Positions 11,401 to 21,112 of a stretch of DNA of 64,000 nt are shown piece by piece. Position 1 is the stretch's first letter; each line of letters opens with the position of its first letter. The notes under the pieces were generated by a model. That model was not told where the DNA came from and made no database searches. It saw only the letters and a program-made list of their open reading frames with translations. A program made the position numbers and the translations under genes. Location: the NCBI GenBank assembly GCA_965231215.1, contig OZ246423.1, forward strand, positions 64,001-128,000, given 5' to 3'. The stretch comes from Candidatus Altimarinota bacterium (GTDB lineage: Bacteria; Patescibacteriota; Gracilibacteria; UBA4473).

Positions 11401-11716
11401 CTTTAAGGTTCTTAAATCCTAATGCTTCAAATTCTTTTCGAGTTAGTAACACGTCTTGATCTGGCATCCAGGAACGATCAAAGCTAATTTTGATATTAGA
11501 AGTCCCTGATTCACGAGAAACAGTCACACCAGAATTTCCAGACCAATCATCTACATCTAAATTTTTAAGGTCTACTAGTTCTCTAATCCGATCTAATAAA
11601 TTATTCCGAGCTTCTTGACCCCCTGGAGTTACTTCTTGGCCAGATTCATGACCTGAGTCTAGAGTTTTGAAAATAAATTTAGTACCCTCGAAATCGGCAT
11701 TGCATAGAAATTTCAT
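8477..11716 (-). CDS. Large protein with two peptidoglycan-binding repeats, a cationic Cys/Trp-rich region and a C-terminal Hint (intein-like) domain
   Basis: VKEAQRWL..IDGKVGKKTRAA and IKFVQKEL..VDAKIGPKTREA; CFPAGTKI..TSEHP..TYNL..ADGVLVHN. Confidence 0.85.
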   Translation of the reverse strand: MKFLCNADFEGTKFIFKTLDSGHESGQEVTPGGQEARNNLLDRIRELVDLKNLDVDDWSGNSGVTVSRESGTSNIKISFDRSWMPDQDVLLTRKEFEALGFKNLKELQTFLQLETEKLHEEAKFAEERKSIFSISAKASEFKEATPSDSRDRSEIPKEKLEELQTLRGEAEKQIKATQDKFLEKIHKDNIKTAKFLYQEAYNAIVAFNLANGEFKDSQLDSFSVLTELLPLKEKIDAYESDEIIKNVKNIKNIENKLIDLSQELLKKYTRVDAKKRVVIQNIINEENVKVVSADVAELKAALEAYQEGYNSLSADKQKDFPEVEYYNFEWITQLEAAIKTLEGSGAVASEVVSTGGNFDEYLKNTPKEKLKEKLEELKGIKELPTEGSVKEAQRWLREQGFKLSDSGNEADDIDGKVGKKTRAAVEAAIQRITEKLGNDTTKVNPVDTTTPTTKDQVDTVAPTTEKIEYGDVTLADFKSRVSLMRGPKRTEFIKFVQKELNKEGLDTGGVDAKIGPKTREAIKTAGKDGRLAKILEKYETEVVIARSSENIPAATKAKIDSLITTAGVKDIDGLAAMTRLDQAGGLDGRNRVAQYLVYRVEKMGIGATPEAQALMVKIMEQLNNNVVVKKAIAQAKGRDTRSYFVERGLLGAAQSLQGPNSKAGLERDMNRGTTASVGEWLKNGAITIGGKEYGSIAGKRLHVLTGKGDRWNDMSLETAGDFTLKNVTISRRNGVTMLVAQMDNGCEGNLIVIPLEKYGAPYSSPKPVKPRKPRVVKRVSKKSRVEVVKRVSKKPKTSKKPKTKEVRRKGRVCQTQRVCRNGFWCKRTRCKTRKGTWGSWGKWISTGVECPKKTSKPSKPKEKKDDKIKYARFCSRRTKTWWERKFKNGKPLGPAEDTREPCTPRKRPKPEPCCFPAGTKITMADQSIKKIEDIILGDEVLAYNEKNGETVMAQVLKLETPVREGYYKFNNDLLRVTSEHPVYVTKADGTQTWASLDPQKTEEDHQLGVAMLEIGDVIQLLEGSVELKSVDYVEGEVQTYNLSKVSQYHTFYADGVLVHNKDGNDGDGNDGNDGAAAPK
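9310..9400 (-). repeat. Short tandem duplications encoding VVKRVSKK x2 and SKKPKT x2
   Basis: ttttttagaaactcttttaacgact repeated; ttttggttttttagaa repeated. Confidence 0.8.
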
Positions 11717-11742
11717 GAATATTTAAATCAAAAAATCTGACA

Positions 11743-11755
11743 ATTATATCACAAA
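11743..11755 (-). promoter_or_regulatory. Extended -10 promoter TTTGTGATATAAT
   Basis: TGnTATAAT 26 nt upstream of the Hint gene start; identical 13-mer at 22585 and 36758. Confidence 0.7.
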
Positions 11756-11894
11756 AAAATAAAAATAACAAATGAAAATTTCTACCTCCTTTATACAAAC
11801 ACTTGTTAAAAGCTTCAAAGAATTTAATAAACCCCCAAAGCTAAGACAATTTTATGTCAAAAATAATCTACACAAAGAATTCCCTTTCAATAAT

Positions 11895-12428
11895 CTACGG
11901 CACAATATTCAACCACACAAAGTCAGTCCAATCACCTCCTGAAACCCCCTCTGAACCAGTCGCACAATTCATAGAAGTCACATTTTTGGCCTGATTTATA
12001 GCTCCCTGTGTACCATCAAAAATAAATCCAGCTCCCCCAGTTCCCGTATCATTTTCTTTCTTCGTAATAATAATAAATTCTTCGTTATTAGCCACTCTTG
12101 CCTGATATCCATAAAGGTAACAGTGCCCATCAGTAAATTCTGGAAGATTATAATCTTGGTTATCCATCCGAGACTTAAAATCACTTACCGTTACCAGATC
12201 CAGGGCTCCAAAAATTCCATCCCCATCTAAATCAGCAAAGTTAACCTGGTCTGAGATAAATTCATCAGATTTAATAATAATAGTCGCATTCCTAATGACA
12301 CTCAACCGAGAAGCATCATTAGCACTAAAAACATGGTTATGAAACGTAGCTACCCCCATTGATGAAAGGATTCCCGTAATCACAATGGTCACCAGCAACT
12401 CTACAAGTGTAAATCCCCTTTTAATCAT
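11895..12428 (-). CDS. Type IV pilin-like protein
   Basis: Prepilin cleavage motif KRG/FTLVELLVTIVITGIL; start placed at MIKRG. Confidence 0.88.
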   Translation of the reverse strand: MIKRGFTLVELLVTIVITGILSSMGVATFHNHVFSANDASRLSVIRNATIIIKSDEFISDQVNFADLDGDGIFGALDLVTVSDFKSRMDNQDYNLPEFTDGHCYLYGYQARVANNEEFIIITKKENDTGTGGAGFIFDGTQGAINQAKNVTSMNCATGSEGVSGGDWTDFVWLNIVP

Positions 12429-12467
12429 TACGCAGATTTTACACACATATTAACATAAAACAAGTTC

Positions 12468-12502
12468 AAAAAAAAAGCGGCTCCCAAAAGGAAACCGCTT
12501 TT
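12468..12502 (-). terminator. Intrinsic terminator between the two pilin genes
   Basis: AAAAGCGG...CCGCTTTT hairpin with a T-run on the minus strand. Confidence 0.7.
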
Positions 12503-12524
12503 AGATTTAAACAATAATTTTAAA

Positions 12525-13052
12525 TTATTCGTTCAAAATTTGAATATCATAGGTAGCTACAGAGTTAATAGTTCCTGAACCAGCTGTACTTTCTGTAACG
12601 TTAACAATACCGCCTGTTCCATCACATAGAGTATCAGCCGTGATATCAGCCACAGCTCCGGCTGTACCATCAACAATGGGTGTTCCGCTGTTTTCTTCAC
12701 TACAAGTAAAGAAAGCAAACTGGTCAGCACCGTTGTTTACGTAAACGTAAGTGTACCCAGTAGTACTAGCCGCCGGCACAGAGTATCCTCCTTCGCTGAA
12801 GAGAGTCCCTTCAACCGATCCAGCGGTAGTCGTGTCTCCTTCGGCAATATCGAAGCTAGTAATAGTATTAACTGCACGGGCAGTTTTAAGAAGCGTAGCC
12901 ATGTTTCGAATGGCAGCTTGTCGTTCTGAATCACGAGCTTTCTTGAAGTAACCAGAGAAAGTCGCAACAGAGATAGTTGCTAGGATACCGATGATCACGA
13001 TAACCACGAGCAACTCAATAAGGGTGAATCCTTTTTTTGCTTGTGTTTGCAT
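12525..13052 (-). CDS. Type IV pilin, probably the major pilin
   Basis: KKG/FTLIELLVVIVIIGILA, KARDSER; has its own terminator. Confidence 0.9.
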   Translation of the reverse strand: MQTQAKKGFTLIELLVVIVIIGILATISVATFSGYFKKARDSERQAAIRNMATLLKTARAVNTITSFDIAEGDTTTAGSVEGTLFSEGGYSVPAASTTGYTYVYVNNGADQFAFFTCSEENSGTPIVDGTAGAVADITADTLCDGTGGIVNVTESTAGSGTINSVATYDIQILNE

Positions 13053-13197
13053 TTTTGCTAAAGGTTAAAAAATAGCGAATCGATATTAGCTTCTAGTTAA
13101 GCTTTAGTGCAAATAATTTGTACAAAAAAAAATTGCCTCAAAACACATTTGTGGTCTAGATTAACATTACTTTATACCGCTAGATGCAAAATTCAGG

Positions 13198-14172
13198 TTA
13201 AATCTCTTTAAGCGCTGCTTGTATCCCAGCCTCAAAATCAGTTATTTGAATGTCTAAAGTCTGACCAGTCATTATTTGATAGAGCTCTAGATATTTTTCA
13301 GCCGCCTGTAAGCGAATTTCATTTGTCATAAAGTCCTTTGGGTTTTGATCATTATTGTCTACATCGTATCCAGCTCCAACCAACATCCGTCTGACAAACT
13401 CTTTATCCAAGCTCACTGGCTCTTTTCCTGCCTCAAAAAGATCTAGATAGGTATCCGCAATCCAATACCGAGAAGAGTCAGGCGTATGTACTTCATCAAT
13501 AACAATCAAATCCCCTTCTAGCGTAAGGCCCATTTCATATTTAGTATCTACTAATATTAACCCTTGTGCAGCCGCTAAGGCTTGCCCATGAGCAAACATT
13601 TTTAGAGCATAGCTTTCTGCCTGAGCATAGATTTCTTCACTCACCAAGCCTTCTTGTATTATTTCTTTCCGAGAAATATTTCTATCATGCCCTATTTCTG
13701 GTTTGGTTGTGGGGGTAAGAATAGGTTTAGGAAAAATTTGGTTTTTCACCATGCCTTCTGGCATCTCGATCCCTGAGATCATTCGATTATTATTTTTATA
13801 GGCATACCAAGCCGAAGTCGTCGTAGTACCTGTAAGGTAACCTCTTACAATAATCTCTATAGGGAGTGGCTTCGCGTTTTTTACGACAGAAACATTAGGA
13901 TGCGGTACCGCTATAAGGTGATGTGGCACCCCAATATCATCAAGTTTCCCAAACCACCAAGCCGCAATCTGGTTTAACACCTGTCCTTTAAAAGGAACCG
14001 TTCCTAGAATAAAATCAAAAGCCGAAATTCTATCAGTTACTACAATGGCCCGAGCCTGATCATTCATTATAAAACTTTCCCTCACCTTGCCAGAATGATG
14101 TCCTTGGTGTTCATCAAAATCAATACTATCAATTACAAAATCCAACGCAGCCGGATCAATGTGAGTCATCAT
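13198..14172 (-). CDS. purC: SAICAR synthetase
   Basis: GKVRE, TDRISAFD, VRGYLTG, LVDTKYEMG, DEVHTPDSSRYW, LDKEFVR. Confidence 0.95.
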   Translation of the reverse strand: MMTHIDPAALDFVIDSIDFDEHQGHHSGKVRESFIMNDQARAIVVTDRISAFDFILGTVPFKGQVLNQIAAWWFGKLDDIGVPHHLIAVPHPNVSVVKNAKPLPIEIIVRGYLTGTTTTSAWYAYKNNNRMISGIEMPEGMVKNQIFPKPILTPTTKPEIGHDRNISRKEIIQEGLVSEEIYAQAESYALKMFAHGQALAAAQGLILVDTKYEMGLTLEGDLIVIDEVHTPDSSRYWIADTYLDLFEAGKEPVSLDKEFVRRMLVGAGYDVDNNDQNPKDFMTNEIRLQAAEKYLELYQIMTGQTLDIQITDFEAGIQAALKEI

Positions 14173-14219
14173 GCGATATTATGCTGATTTTTCCCAAAAT
14201 TAAAATATAAAAACCGTTA

Positions 14220-14308
14220 TCAAGCTTCAGGTCTCGTGGTTTTTTTGAGCTGAAATAACACCTAATTAGAGGGATAGTCCGTGAAAGGGACACTCCCCTT
14301 TCACACTA
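14220..14308. repeat. Structured intergenic repeat family B, copy 2
   Basis: AGGTCTCGTGGTTT at 14229-14242 plus hairpin 14281-14304. Confidence 0.6.
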
Positions 14309-14797
14309 CTACGCTACTTTCAAAATTTCATAATCAAAGCTTCCTCCTGGAGCTTCTACTTTTACTTTCTCTTTGGCTTTTTTCCCTAAGATAGCCGCTC
14401 CCACGGGTGATTCATTTGAGATTTTATGCGCCATAGGATCGGCTTCTGTAGATCCTACAATTGTGTATTCATGTTTCTCCTTGTCCCCTTTTCTCTGAAG
14501 CGTCACGGTTGAACCAATTTGGATCAGTCCTTTTTCACTTTCTGATTCTTCAATAATCTCCGCATTTTTAACCTGCTCTTCTAGTTCAAGAATTCGTCCC
14601 TCAATAAAGGCCTGTTGATTTTTGGCCTCATCATACTCTGAATTCTCTGAAAGATCCCCATAAGAAATAGCCTCTGCCAATCTATCAGAAACCTCTTTAC
14701 GACCATCGGTCTTGAGGTAATCCAGTTCTTCTTGTAATTTTTTAAGACCTTCTTTGGTCAATAATACTTTCTGTTTGTTATCGTCTTGAGCCGCCAT
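14309..14797 (-). CDS. greA: Transcription elongation factor GreA
   Basis: GDLSENSEYDEAK, ISNESPVG. Confidence 0.96.
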   Translation of the reverse strand: MAAQDDNKQKVLLTKEGLKKLQEELDYLKTDGRKEVSDRLAEAISYGDLSENSEYDEAKNQQAFIEGRILELEEQVKNAEIIEESESEKGLIQIGSTVTLQRKGDKEKHEYTIVGSTEADPMAHKISNESPVGAAILGKKAKEKVKVEAPGGSFDYEILKVA

Positions 14798-14951
14798 AAA
14801 GTAAAGTGGTTAGTGTTCGAATTTGCTAATGAAAAACCTTTTCCTATAGCTGAAAAAACTTATCGAGTTTTCAGCAAAAAGCAAATTTAAAAATAACGGA
14901 AAATGCCCCCACAAAATCTAAACCTTAAAATCATTAGCTCATTAGCAGTGC

Positions 14952-16247
14952 TTAGGCCGTCTCGTCTTCAGAAAAAGAAAAATTATCGTTGGCAGACTTA
15001 GTCGTTACGTTTACATATGACGGGTAAAGCTCTGACAAGCTCTTTTTATAAATATTTGGATGTTCTTCTGAAATCTTCATAGACATCGGGTGAGTTCTGA
15101 GTTTTTCAAGTACCTTCGCTTCAATTTGCCGAATACGCTCACGTGTTACATTAAACTCCTTCCCTACTTCTTCCAGCGTATGCGGTACTCCATCATCTAG
15201 CCCAAATCTCATTTTAATAATTTTTTGTTCTCGCGGAGAAAGGTATTGAAGCAGATCAGAAATATTTTCTTTAATCATCTGTCGGTGAGCCGTTTCAAAT
15301 GGAGAAAGGGCTCCCTCATCTTCAATAAAGTCTCCCAGCTTAGAATCTTCTTCAGAGCCCACTGGAGATTCAAGCGATACAATATCTTGAGAGATTTTGA
15401 GGATGTGATTTACCTTTTTGAGGTCCAGATCCATTTCGGCCGCAATTTCTTCTGGCAGAGGTTCTCTCCCCAATTCTTGTTGAAGTCGTCGTTGAGTATG
15501 CGTGAGTTTATTAATAGTCTCCACCATATGCACCGGAATCCGGATCGTTCTAGCCTGATCCGCAATAGCTCTTGTAATCGCCTGACGAATCCACCACGTC
15601 GCATATGTAGAAAACTTAAACCCTTTAGTATAATCAAACTTTTCTACCGCACGAAGAAGACCAAAATTTCCTTCCTGCATGAGGTCTAAAAAAGGCAATC
15701 CTCTTCCAATATACCGTTTAGCAATAGACACCACTAAACGCAGGTTTGATTCAGCTAATTTCTGTTTGGCTGATAGATCTCCTTTTTCAATTCGTTTAGC
15801 CAAATCTACTTCTTCTTGGGCCGTCAAAAGCGGGATACGCCCAATCTCATTCAGATACATTCGCACTGAATCATTGGAAATCTCAGAAAGATCCACAAAC
15901 GTATTTTCATCCTCTTCCTCCCCTTCTTCTGCTTCTTCTGCCTTAAGATCTTGCTCTGTAGGCTCTACATCTTCAATAGTTACTTTTACTGCTACATCGT
16001 CTTCTCCTTTTTTGGCTTTAGCTTCCATTCGCTCACGCCAAATTTTTTCCTCTTTTACATCAATTACTTCAACCCCTAGATCCAAAAAGAGTTCATAGAG
16101 CTCATCCAGAAGCAAAAGGTTTTCTTCTACATTCGGCACCACTTTCATAAGCTCTTGTTCAGTGATGAACTTCTGATCCCGACCTTTAGCTACTAACTGT
16201 TGTACTGGTTCTGGGAATTTTTCGATACGTTTTTGGAACTTAGACAT
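14952..16247 (-). CDS. rpoD: Primary sigma factor RpoD
   Basis: [57 protein letters not shown]. Confidence 0.97.
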   Translation of the reverse strand: MSKFQKRIEKFPEPVQQLVAKGRDQKFITEQELMKVVPNVEENLLLLDELYELFLDLGVEVIDVKEEKIWRERMEAKAKKGEDDVAVKVTIEDVEPTEQDLKAEEAEEGEEEDENTFVDLSEISNDSVRMYLNEIGRIPLLTAQEEVDLAKRIEKGDLSAKQKLAESNLRLVVSIAKRYIGRGLPFLDLMQEGNFGLLRAVEKFDYTKGFKFSTYATWWIRQAITRAIADQARTIRIPVHMVETINKLTHTQRRLQQELGREPLPEEIAAEMDLDLKKVNHILKISQDIVSLESPVGSEEDSKLGDFIEDEGALSPFETAHRQMIKENISDLLQYLSPREQKIIKMRFGLDDGVPHTLEEVGKEFNVTRERIRQIEAKVLEKLRTHPMSMKISEEHPNIYKKSLSELYPSYVNVTTKSANDNFSFSEDETA

Positions 16248-16304
16248 TAATGTTGGAATATGAGATGTATAATCATCGACACAAAATCGACAAATAAAAA
16301 GTGT

Positions 16305-17345
16305 TTAAAATTGCGATAGGAAAGCTTTTTTGTTGGAAGACAAATGACGGATATCTTCAATTCCGTATTTCATCATAACCAGCCTGGTCAACCCAAAACC
16401 AAAGGCAAACCCTTGGTATTCATTGGGGTCAACATCACTATTGCTTAGGACATTGGGGTGCACCATTCCAGCTCCACAGAACTCTAGCCATCGGCCATAT
16501 TCTTGGCCATCTTTGGTATATTCCCACCAAATATCTACTTCTAATCCTGGCTCTACAAAGGGGAAATAACCTGGTCGGATTCTTACTTTAATCTCTTTTT
16601 CAAATACAGCTGAAAGCATTACTTCTAAAACCCCTTTCAGGTGAGCTATAGAAATATCTTTATCCACCATAAGCCCCTCTACCTGATAAAACATAGCATC
16701 ATGAGTCGCATCAATGGATTCATTCCGAAACACTCTTCCAGGAGCAATAATCCGGATAGGCGCCCCTTTCTCTAACATCTTTCTTACCTGTAGGTTTGAG
16801 GTATGAGTCCTCAAGACCGAATTTTTATGCGAATCAGAAGCCTGACTCGAAACAAAGAAAGTATCCTGCATATCTCGAGCCGGATGTGTCGGTGGAATAT
16901 TGAGTGCATCAAAATTATGCCATTCGGTTTCTACCTCTGGTCCGTCAGCAATTTCAAACCCCATTCCAGTAAAGATCTGCTCTACCTTTTGCTGAATTGC
17001 TGACATCGGGTGAATCGCTCCTTTATTAGCTGGCAAAGACTTCGTCACATCAATCCAGTCCTGCGCTAATTGCGCATTCATTTCAGCCTGGCGCATTTCA
17101 GATTGGAGACGCTCAAACTCCGTTTCTGTATTTAATTTTAATTGCTGTAGTTTAGGTCCAATTTCTTTTTTTTCTTCAGGAGTACAATTTTTCAATTCGC
17201 TAAAAAGACCATTAAATGGAGATTTTTTCCCCAGGTAGTTTTGATGAAAAATCTGAAGATCAGAAATAACAGAAAGACCTGTAAACGCTTTTTGGATTTC
17301 TCCCTCAAGTGCGGAAATTTTTTGTATAAGGTCTTTTAATGACAT
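16305..17345 (-). CDS. pheS: Phenylalanine-tRNA ligase alpha subunit
   Basis: HPARDMQDTF, LRTHTS, FPFVEP, GAGMVHP, GFAFGFG. Confidence 0.96.
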   Translation of the reverse strand: MSLKDLIQKISALEGEIQKAFTGLSVISDLQIFHQNYLGKKSPFNGLFSELKNCTPEEKKEIGPKLQQLKLNTETEFERLQSEMRQAEMNAQLAQDWIDVTKSLPANKGAIHPMSAIQQKVEQIFTGMGFEIADGPEVETEWHNFDALNIPPTHPARDMQDTFFVSSQASDSHKNSVLRTHTSNLQVRKMLEKGAPIRIIAPGRVFRNESIDATHDAMFYQVEGLMVDKDISIAHLKGVLEVMLSAVFEKEIKVRIRPGYFPFVEPGLEVDIWWEYTKDGQEYGRWLEFCGAGMVHPNVLSNSDVDPNEYQGFAFGFGLTRLVMMKYGIEDIRHLSSNKKAFLSQF

Positions 17346-17515
17346 CTAAATATTTTGAGACAAAAAAACAAAAATTTGCTTTTTATAAAAAAATCGTGTA
17401 AAGTATTGGGATTTAACGCTAAAAGTCAAAAAATTAAGTACATAAACTTTTAAGGGTTAAACTAATAAAAAACATGAGCCCATTAGCCAAATACAAAAAC
17501 TAAAACACTAAAAAA

Positions 17516-18808
17516 ATGAGTCTCAATTTCAACTTCGGTCTCAAAGGAAAAAATGACGATAGTACTGTCGCCCAAGACGACGGCGCAACTCCCGTAACAG
17601 ATCCTGTAGTAGATCCTAATGCTGGTACTGATCCAGCCGGAGGACAACCTGTAGGAGATGATATTACTATTAATGTAACAGACGCCCCAAGTTTAAGCGA
17701 TGACTCTAGTATTCAAATTACTTCAGAAGAACCAGTTCAAGCTCCAGTAGTGCAAGAAGCTCCGGTAGCTCCAGTGGCCCCCGTAGCAGATCCTTTTGCG
17801 ACTCCTACTGCCACAGAAGCTACTACCGTAGCAATCGAACCAAGTCTAACAACTCCAGAAACAGCAGCGGCTCCTGTAGCTGACCCCTTTGCTGCGCCTG
17901 CTCCAGTTACACAAGAAGCCGCACCAAATCCTTTTGAAGCTCCTCAACCCGTTGCCCCTGCCGCTGAAATAGCTCCGGTTGAAAATCCTTTTGCTACTGA
18001 AACTCCCGCTGAAACCGCCGCTCCAGCATCTATAGCTGAAGCCCCTATCCCTGAGGCAACAGCGCCAGTAGAAGCGGCACCAGTAGCTGAGGCTGCCGGC
18101 ACAGAAAATACTAACGCTGATTTTAGTTTTAATCCTTTTGGTGACACTCCACCAGCCGCTGAAGAAACCTCCACCCTAGTGGAGCCTGTGGCTGAAGCCC
18201 CTGTGGTTGAAGCTGTCGCTGAAACTCCGGCTCCAGTTGAAGAAACCGTTACTCCAGTTGCTGAAGAATCTACAGGGTTCGGAGACCTCCTTGCCGATTC
18301 TACTCCTGAAGCAGCCGCAGGTACTGCCGCTGCCACTAGTACACAAGATGACGCCGTAGTTGCTGATGATACAACCGTTAATAATGAGGTAGCTGTAAAT
18401 CCATTCGAAGATAATAATACTTCAACGGTACAATCAGACGACAACTTTGCAGAGGAAGATTACGATGAAGATTACAGTGAGGAAGAGTATGAAGAGGTAG
18501 ATCCTTTAAATTCTCTTACAAGTATTAAGTCTGAGATTGAAATGTTTGTAGAAATGCACACTCAAAACATTAAGGACTACGAATCTCAAATTGAAGTACT
18601 AAAAGCCAACATCAAATCTGAGAAAGAACTTCTAAAAGGAAAAAAAGCTGAATTTAGAGATATGCTTCACGAAATTGAAGGTCTAACTGGAGATTTTGAA
18701 GATTCCTCTGAAAAACCAAAAAAGAAACGAAGACGGAAATCTAAATCTAAATCCCACACAGACGCTCCAGCCGAAACCTCAAATTATGAGGAGGAAGCTG
18801 AAGCCTAA
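17516..18808 (+). CDS. Acidic Pro/Ala/Glu-rich disordered protein with NPF/DPF repeats and a C-terminal coiled coil
   Basis: Low-complexity composition; DPF x2 and NPF x4; heptad-like C-terminus. Confidence 0.75.
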   Translation: MSLNFNFGLKGKNDDSTVAQDDGATPVTDPVVDPNAGTDPAGGQPVGDDITINVTDAPSLSDDSSIQITSEEPVQAPVVQEAPVAPVAPVADPFATPTATEATTVAIEPSLTTPETAAAPVADPFAAPAPVTQEAAPNPFEAPQPVAPAAEIAPVENPFATETPAETAAPASIAEAPIPEATAPVEAAPVAEAAGTENTNADFSFNPFGDTPPAAEETSTLVEPVAEAPVVEAVAETPAPVEETVTPVAEESTGFGDLLADSTPEAAAGTAAATSTQDDAVVADDTTVNNEVAVNPFEDNNTSTVQSDDNFAEEDYDEDYSEEEYEEVDPLNSLTSIKSEIEMFVEMHTQNIKDYESQIEVLKANIKSEKELLKGKKAEFRDMLHEIEGLTGDFEDSSEKPKKKRRRKSKSKSHTDAPAETSNYEEEAEA

Positions 18809-18840
18809 TGTTTCGGCTTTGTCGCAAACAAGCAAACAAT

Positions 18841-18869
18841 AAAAAAGCTCCACCAAGGTGGAGCTTTTT
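18841..18869. terminator. Bidirectional intrinsic terminator
   Basis: AAAAAAGCTCCACC-AA-GGTGGAGCTTTTT between convergent genes. Confidence 0.85.
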
Positions 18870-18966
18870 AATCTCAATCTAGAGAAGTGTTAGATCCTTC
18901 GATTTAGCATCAAGTGCCTGACTCAGGATAATTTGACCAACCGCTAGCAAGCTTGCTGGGGTTCAA

Positions 18967-19242
18967 TTAGTTAACAGCTTCTTTTAGGTTTTTACCAGCT
19001 TTGAAAGTAGGCACTTTAGAAGCTGGGATTTTAATTTTTTGAGATGGGTTTTGTGGATTTACCCCAGTACGAGCAGCTCGATGAGATACTTTAAAAGTAC
19101 CGAAACCAGTGATAGTTACTTGTTCACCGTTAGTAAGTTCACCAGTAACTGTATCAATAAAAGCTTCAAGAGCGTCTCCAGCAGCTTTTTTAGTGAGACC
19201 AGCTCGATTTGCAATAGCGGTAATTAGATCACCTTTTGACAT
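18967..19242 (-). CDS. hup: HU DNA-binding protein
   Basis: ITGFGTF, ARTGVNPQ, VPTFKAGKNLK. Confidence 0.95.
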   Translation of the reverse strand: MSKGDLITAIANRAGLTKKAAGDALEAFIDTVTGELTNGEQVTITGFGTFKVSHRAARTGVNPQNPSQKIKIPASKVPTFKAGKNLKEAVN

Positions 19243-19547
19243 GATAAATGTGGGTTAAGAAATATTGCGCTGAAATTCTAATCGTGTGTTTAGCCCTTTG
19301 GCAAGGCAATTTTAGAGAAAATAATGTTACCAAAAATAAAAATTATTTTATTTTAATATTTAGAAAGATAAAAATTGTGAGAGCCTTGTATACAAAAAGG
19401 CTACAAGAATATTGCCCTAAATGGTTCTTAGTTCAGCCTCCATTGGGACCTATGATATAGGCGCTTTATTAACCCCATTTCCAGCATAATAACGCCGCTC
19501 ACTAGCATTCTTCAAACTCTTTTTAAAAGGGTTTAATATTCATAAAA

Positions 19548-20390
19548 CTAAGCTATAGATTGTCCCAAAATAGCCGCAGCACGTTTGTAATCGGCCATTT
19601 TCAAATGAACCCCATCACTACGGTTGCGCATACCTTGGTATGGATTCACAAATTGAATACCCGATTCTTGAGCCAGAGCTGCATACTGTTGATTAAGCGC
19701 ATTAACCGCTCCCTGCTTCCCTCCTTTAACCATAGGCGGAACCGCTACAAGTGTGATTTGAACCCCATTAGATTTTGCAATTTCAATAGCTCTCTTGGCA
19801 TGAGCCACTGCCTGGCTCGCTCCATCAGCCATAATATTGTTAGTTCCAAAACACCAGAAACAGTGTCCAGGTAGGTTTCCAGAGCGTGCATCTTGCTCTA
19901 ACTGAGCAAGCCCAAATGAGCTCGTCGCCCCATTTTTGGCTGATGATGATTGCTCCCCCAATCCGCGAGCATGAGAATCTCCATAAATCCTCGCCTCGCT
20001 TAATTTTGCTCTAGCTTTTTTCTCCTCAGGACCATTCATTTTTGGGATATTTTTACCTGAAACCGTTTTATCTTTTGTATTTTTAACACTTGGTCCAGCA
20101 TTTGTAGTATTGCCTAAAGCGGTAGAGGTATTTGAGTCTGAATTAGCCTTTCTACCAGTAAGCATAGCCATAAGATTTCTTAGCATTTCCCCTAAACTTC
20201 CTAAACTTGACCCAAGCCCTTCAAACTCTTTTCCCGCCTCTCCCTTTAAAGCTTCTCTTATAACTGGCGCTTTTCCAGAGCGAACAAGCCTCCTCCCTAG
20301 CGTATGTATTTTAGTGGGAGAAATCTCATCTCCAGTGGGGATTAGGGAGTCTATAGTACTTTTAAAATCTGGGTTTTGACGGAGAGCCAT
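19548..20390 (-). CDS. Protein with a C-terminal SGNH/GDSL hydrolase domain
   Basis: IYGDSH (block I), GTNN (block III), DGVH (block V); no signal peptide. Confidence 0.8.
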   Translation of the reverse strand: MALRQNPDFKSTIDSLIPTGDEISPTKIHTLGRRLVRSGKAPVIREALKGEAGKEFEGLGSSLGSLGEMLRNLMAMLTGRKANSDSNTSTALGNTTNAGPSVKNTKDKTVSGKNIPKMNGPEEKKARAKLSEARIYGDSHARGLGEQSSSAKNGATSSFGLAQLEQDARSGNLPGHCFWCFGTNNIMADGASQAVAHAKRAIEIAKSNGVQITLVAVPPMVKGGKQGAVNALNQQYAALAQESGIQFVNPYQGMRNRSDGVHLKMADYKRAAAILGQSIA

Positions 20391-20402
20391 TATAAAAAAA
20401 TT

Positions 20403-20675
20403 TTAAGAAAAAATTTGCTTTACTCTTTCTAAAGCGTTTGGTTTTTTAGATTTTCTTTTGAGCAAAGAAGCTATCTGAGTTTCCTGACGCTGAAAAGTTT
20501 CTAAAAAATCAGGGAAAATCTTTTTAGTAAAGGCTTTAACTGGGCCTTTAGCAATGGGTAAACGGTCAAATATTTGAGGAAGTTTAACACTCCCTGCATT
20601 AAAAAAATTTTCCCAAGGATTTTGAGTCACTTTAGTAAATTTTTTTGGAATACTTAAAAATTGTTCTTTAACCAT
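20403..20675 (-). CDS. Hypothetical protein
   Basis: 90-aa ORF tightly packed in an operon with its neighbours. Confidence 0.55.
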   Translation of the reverse strand: MVKEQFLSIPKKFTKVTQNPWENFFNAGSVKLPQIFDRLPIAKGPVKAFTKKIFPDFLETFQRQETQIASLLKRKSKKPNALERVKQIFS

Positions 20676-20677
20676 GG

Positions 20678-20992
20678 CTAAAGGGTAGATAACATATCAT
20701 CAAGTTCTTGTTCTGCACTGGATATTTCCTTAATACGGATTTTTTCTTCCTCTTCTACAATCCGTTTAAGGGCTTCGTGAATAGCCATATTTTCTAAGTC
20801 GGCAAAAAAGTGAGGGTTTTTCTCTAAGATTTTCCTAAAAAGATCCGTTTGTTTTTCATCCATTTGCCGCAAAATAGGCAAAATTTCAGCCTGAGTTTGG
20901 TTGTCGGCTTCCATTACCTGGATTTTAATATCCTTCGCCAGAAACAAGTTTCTGGACAGTAGCTCTTCGATTTCGTTAATAATTTCACTCAT
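20678..20992 (-). CDS. Small acidic helical protein (effector-partner family)
   Basis: Paralog of 22627-22950: ELLSRNL/ELLNRNL, DEKQT/DQKQT, NPHFFADLE/DPYFFHKLE, AEQELDDML/AEKELENDL. Confidence 0.75.
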   Translation of the reverse strand: MSEIINEIEELLSRNLFLAKDIKIQVMEADNQTQAEILPILRQMDEKQTDLFRKILEKNPHFFADLENMAIHEALKRIVEEEEKIRIKEISSAEQELDDMLSTL

Positions 20993-21112
20993 AATATCTT
21001 CTTATTGTAACACAAAAAACACTTTTTTTCTAGTGAAAAATAATTCAGTACAACATAAAAAAAATTTACAAAACAATAAAAAGGTGCTATTATTATCAGA
21101 AATAAAAATAAC

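Noticed and set aside
17944-18444. Long antisense ORFs here and within gyrB, rpoD, secD and the effector genes
   Set aside because: Shadow frames of well-supported genes with no independent motifs
18885-18930. GATCCTTCGA...CTCAGGAT REP-like fragment
   Set aside because: Single degenerate occurrence in the window; cannot be supported as a repeat
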